Assembly: GCA_043803405.1 (NCBI GenBank)
Contig: JAZDKB010000009.1
Span: 160,001-224,000, forward strand
Origin: Spirochaetota bacterium
Lineage (GTDB): Bacteria; Spirochaetota; UBA4802; JAFGDQ01
DNA length: 64,000 nucleotides
Direction of reading: 5' to 3'
The position numbers and the translations under genes are program-made. Below are positions 61,856 to 64,000 of the stretch, in pieces. The notes below the pieces were generated by a model. It made no database searches. It was not told where the DNA came from and worked only from the letters and a program-made list of their open reading frames with translations. Each line of letters starts with the position of its first letter. The first letter of the stretch is position 1.

Positions 61856-62692
61856 ATGAAGGATAACACAATGAGGTTTACTATTGAAATTATACTTAAA
61901 GGCAAACCACCGTTTATATTGCCTTCCAATTACAGAAGAAATATAGTCGGTTTTATAAGACAGGCTGTTAAATCAAGTACTATAGCTCATAATACATACA
62001 ATGAATATTGGGGAGATAATAATAATACCAATACCCAAAAACTAAAACCGTATACCTTTTTTCTTTCTGTTACGGGCTTCCATTATATTGACCTTGATGA
62101 TAAAAAATATTTACAATTAAACGACGGATTAATTAAACTGCACATATCTTCCAGCGATTCAAATTTCTTATCGATCCTGTACGATGGGCTCATAAACTTT
62201 CAAAGGTCATATAAATTATTTAATTATTCCATCGAGTTCAAAGAAATCTTTTTAAAAAAATTCAGGGCAATTAATGCCAACTTTGTTAATTTTAAAATTC
62301 TATCTCCGATTATAGTAAGAAATATAGCAATAGACGGGGAAAAAAGAAAAAGCATGGGATATCTGGCCTGCAGTGAAAATACTTTTAAGGATTCTCTTAC
62401 GCACTCAATCCTGACCTTATGCAAAAAATTAAATTATAACCGAGAAATCAAACTCGACGATATAGAAATAGATACTACGGAATGCATTACTACAAAAATT
62501 TATCATTACCAGGAAACCATCCCCGGAATAGTCGGCAATATAGGGATCAAGGCAAGCGAAGATGTTCTTGGATTTATTTACGATACAGGCCTTGGAGCAA
62601 GACGAAGCCAGGGATTCGGTATGGTTGACTTAGTGAATGAATTTGATTATCACAACATGGTTCCGGATAAAAAACCGGCTTTAAAATATTAA
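61856..62692 (+). CDS. cas6: CRISPR-associated endoribonuclease Cas6 (stand-alone)
   Basis: LPSNYR, KPYTF, ISSSD, LSPIIVR and the C-terminal G-loop YDTGLGARRSQGFGMV. Confidence 0.88.
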   Translation: MKDNTMRFTIEIILKGKPPFILPSNYRRNIVGFIRQAVKSSTIAHNTYNEYWGDNNNTNTQKLKPYTFFLSVTGFHYIDLDDKKYLQLNDGLIKLHISSSDSNFLSILYDGLINFQRSYKLFNYSIEFKEIFLKKFRAINANFVNFKILSPIIVRNIAIDGEKRKSMGYLACSENTFKDSLTHSILTLCKKLNYNREIKLDDIEIDTTECITTKIYHYQETIPGIVGNIGIKASEDVLGFIYDTGLGARRSQGFGMVDLVNEFDYHNMVPDKKPALKY

Positions 62693-62943
62693 AATAAATA
62701 CTCTATATCTTCACAAGGTTTCCTTCCGGACTTAACATAACCGCAATCAATATTCAAGATATTCAGCTTCTGTTTTTCGAAACGCAATTTAAATAATCCT
62801 GCTGTTTTTATCGCCCTGCGGCAAGCCGATTTTAATTTGACAAAATCATATCCCTCTGTTTTCTGTAATTAATGTTAAACAGGTTATTTAAAGTCATCTC
62901 AAAAAAATAATGCTTATTATTTTCATGCAATACCGGAGGCAAT

Positions 62944-64000
62944 ATGATTGAAAAAATCTTTAAACTTAAAGAACACAACACAAATATAAAGACTGAGGTA
63001 TTGGCCGGAATTACCACTTTCATGACAATGGCTTATATTATAGCGGCAAATCCGCTTATACTGTCAGCCGCAGGCATGGACAAGGGCGCGGTAGTGCTTG
63101 CTACATGTATTGTAAGCGGTATAATCACGATCCTGATGGGTTTATACTCCAACTACCCTATAGCACTTGCGCCGGGCATGGGCATTAACGCATTCTTTGC
63201 ATTTACAATATGCAAAGCGATGGGCATTGACTGGCGTATAGGCCTTGGCTTCTTTTTTATAGAAGGTATTATTATTTTAATAATAACCATGACAAAACTC
63301 AGAGAAGCGGTCATTAACTCAATCCCTATGTCATTAAAATGTGCTGTAAGCGTGGGGATCGGCCTTTTCCTTGCGTTTATAGGATTTGAAAACGCGGGTT
63401 TTATCGCAGGATCGCCTGCCACATTCGTAACAATGGCACAGATAAGCAGCCCGGATGTATATCCTAAAATTATCCTTGTATCAATAGTATTGATTACTAC
63501 GACAATTCTGCTCGTCAAGCGCATAAAAGGAGCCATCCTTATCGGGATCGTCATCGGGACATTGCTCAGCTTTATCCCGTTTTTCCACTCAAAGGGCGAA
63601 GCATTAAAAATTCTTGATCCGTCATTAGCGCCCGTATTGTTTGAACTCGATATTCTAGGAGCTTTTAAATGGTCATTCGCAGCATTAATCTTTACGCTGC
63701 TATTTGTAGATTTTTTCGATACGGCTGGAACGGTTATAGGTCTCGCTGTCAAAGCAAAATTTGTCGATGATAACGGTAAAATTCCCAGGATAGGCAGAGT
63801 GCTTATTGCAGATTCAGTCGGGCCGGTACTTGCCGCGCTATGCGGAACATCCACAGTTACATCGTATATTGAAAGCGCAGCAGGCATAGAAGAAGGAGGC
63901 AGAACCGGCCTTACTGCAGTTGTTACTGGCATACTGTTTCTGATAGCAATAATAGCCGCTCCTCTTGTAGGTTTTATTCCTTCAGCTGCGGTCGCGCCTG
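62944..64000 (+). CDS. NCS2 / AzgA-family purine permease; runs off the window edge
   Basis: Manual translation: MIEKIFKLKEHNTNIKTEVLAGITTFMTMAYII...ALAPGMGINAFF...DFFDTAGT...YIESAAGIEEGGRTGLT. GGAGG RBS. Confidence 0.92.
   Translation, partial: MIEKIFKLKEHNTNIKTEVLAGITTFMTMAYIIAANPLILSAAGMDKGAVVLATCIVSGIITILMGLYSNYPIALAPGMGINAFFAFTICKAMGIDWRIGLGFFFIEGIIILIITMTKLREAVINSIPMSLKCAVSVGIGLFLAFIGFENAGFIAGSPATFVTMAQISSPDVYPKIILVSIVLITTTILLVKRIKGAILIGIVIGTLLSFIPFFHSKGEALKILDPSLAPVLFELDILGAFKWSFAALIFTLLFVDFFDTAGTVIGLAVKAKFVDDNGKIPRIGRVLIADSVGPVLAALCGTSTVTSYIESAAGIEEGGRTGLTAVVTGILFLIAIIAAPLVGFIPSAAVAP

Noticed and set aside
62693..62943. Purine riboswitch upstream of the NCS2 permease
   Set aside because: The conserved TATAAT...ATATGG...TTTCTAC aptamer core is not visible.
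63153..63932. 259-aa minus-strand ORF
   Set aside because: Antisense shadow of the NCS2 permease on the + strand.

Overview
A 64-kb, roughly 40% GC bacterial chromosomal segment from a probable anaerobe. A spirochaete-like affiliation is only an inference from gene content. Housekeeping genes include futalosine-pathway menaquinone genes (mqnE, mqnA, mqnC, ubiE/menG), uup, xth, a CCA-adding enzyme, asnS, mtnP and an NCS2 permease. Signalling genes are dense: hybrid kinases, GGDEF and EAL proteins, two membrane PP2C phosphatases and ComFB. Accessory items are an 8.7-kb cyclic beta-1,2-glucan synthase, a frameshifted RAYT with its REPs, a Phd-VapC toxin-antitoxin pair, a MoxR/RavA-VWA pair and an orphan cas6. 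Four observations stand out. (1) A tight operon at 47.0-51.1 kb joins a PhcB-like signal-synthase methyltransferase to a Ser/Thr kinase, a STAS-like switch protein and a membrane PP2C. It sits next to a GGDEF-EAL gene and a second receptor-phosphatase, suggesting a quorum-sensing circuit read out by partner switching. (2) The same triple 21-bp repeat lies exactly 7 bp upstream of a -35-like hexamer in front of both a surface lipoprotein gene and the orphan cas6, 61 kb apart. (3) Structured intergenic elements carry CsrA-type GGA-loop hairpins and flank an orphan helical protein gene followed by a 21/42-bp array. (4) A RAYT is broken by a 5-bp duplication at an internal REP copy. No rRNA, tRNA or CRISPR array was found.
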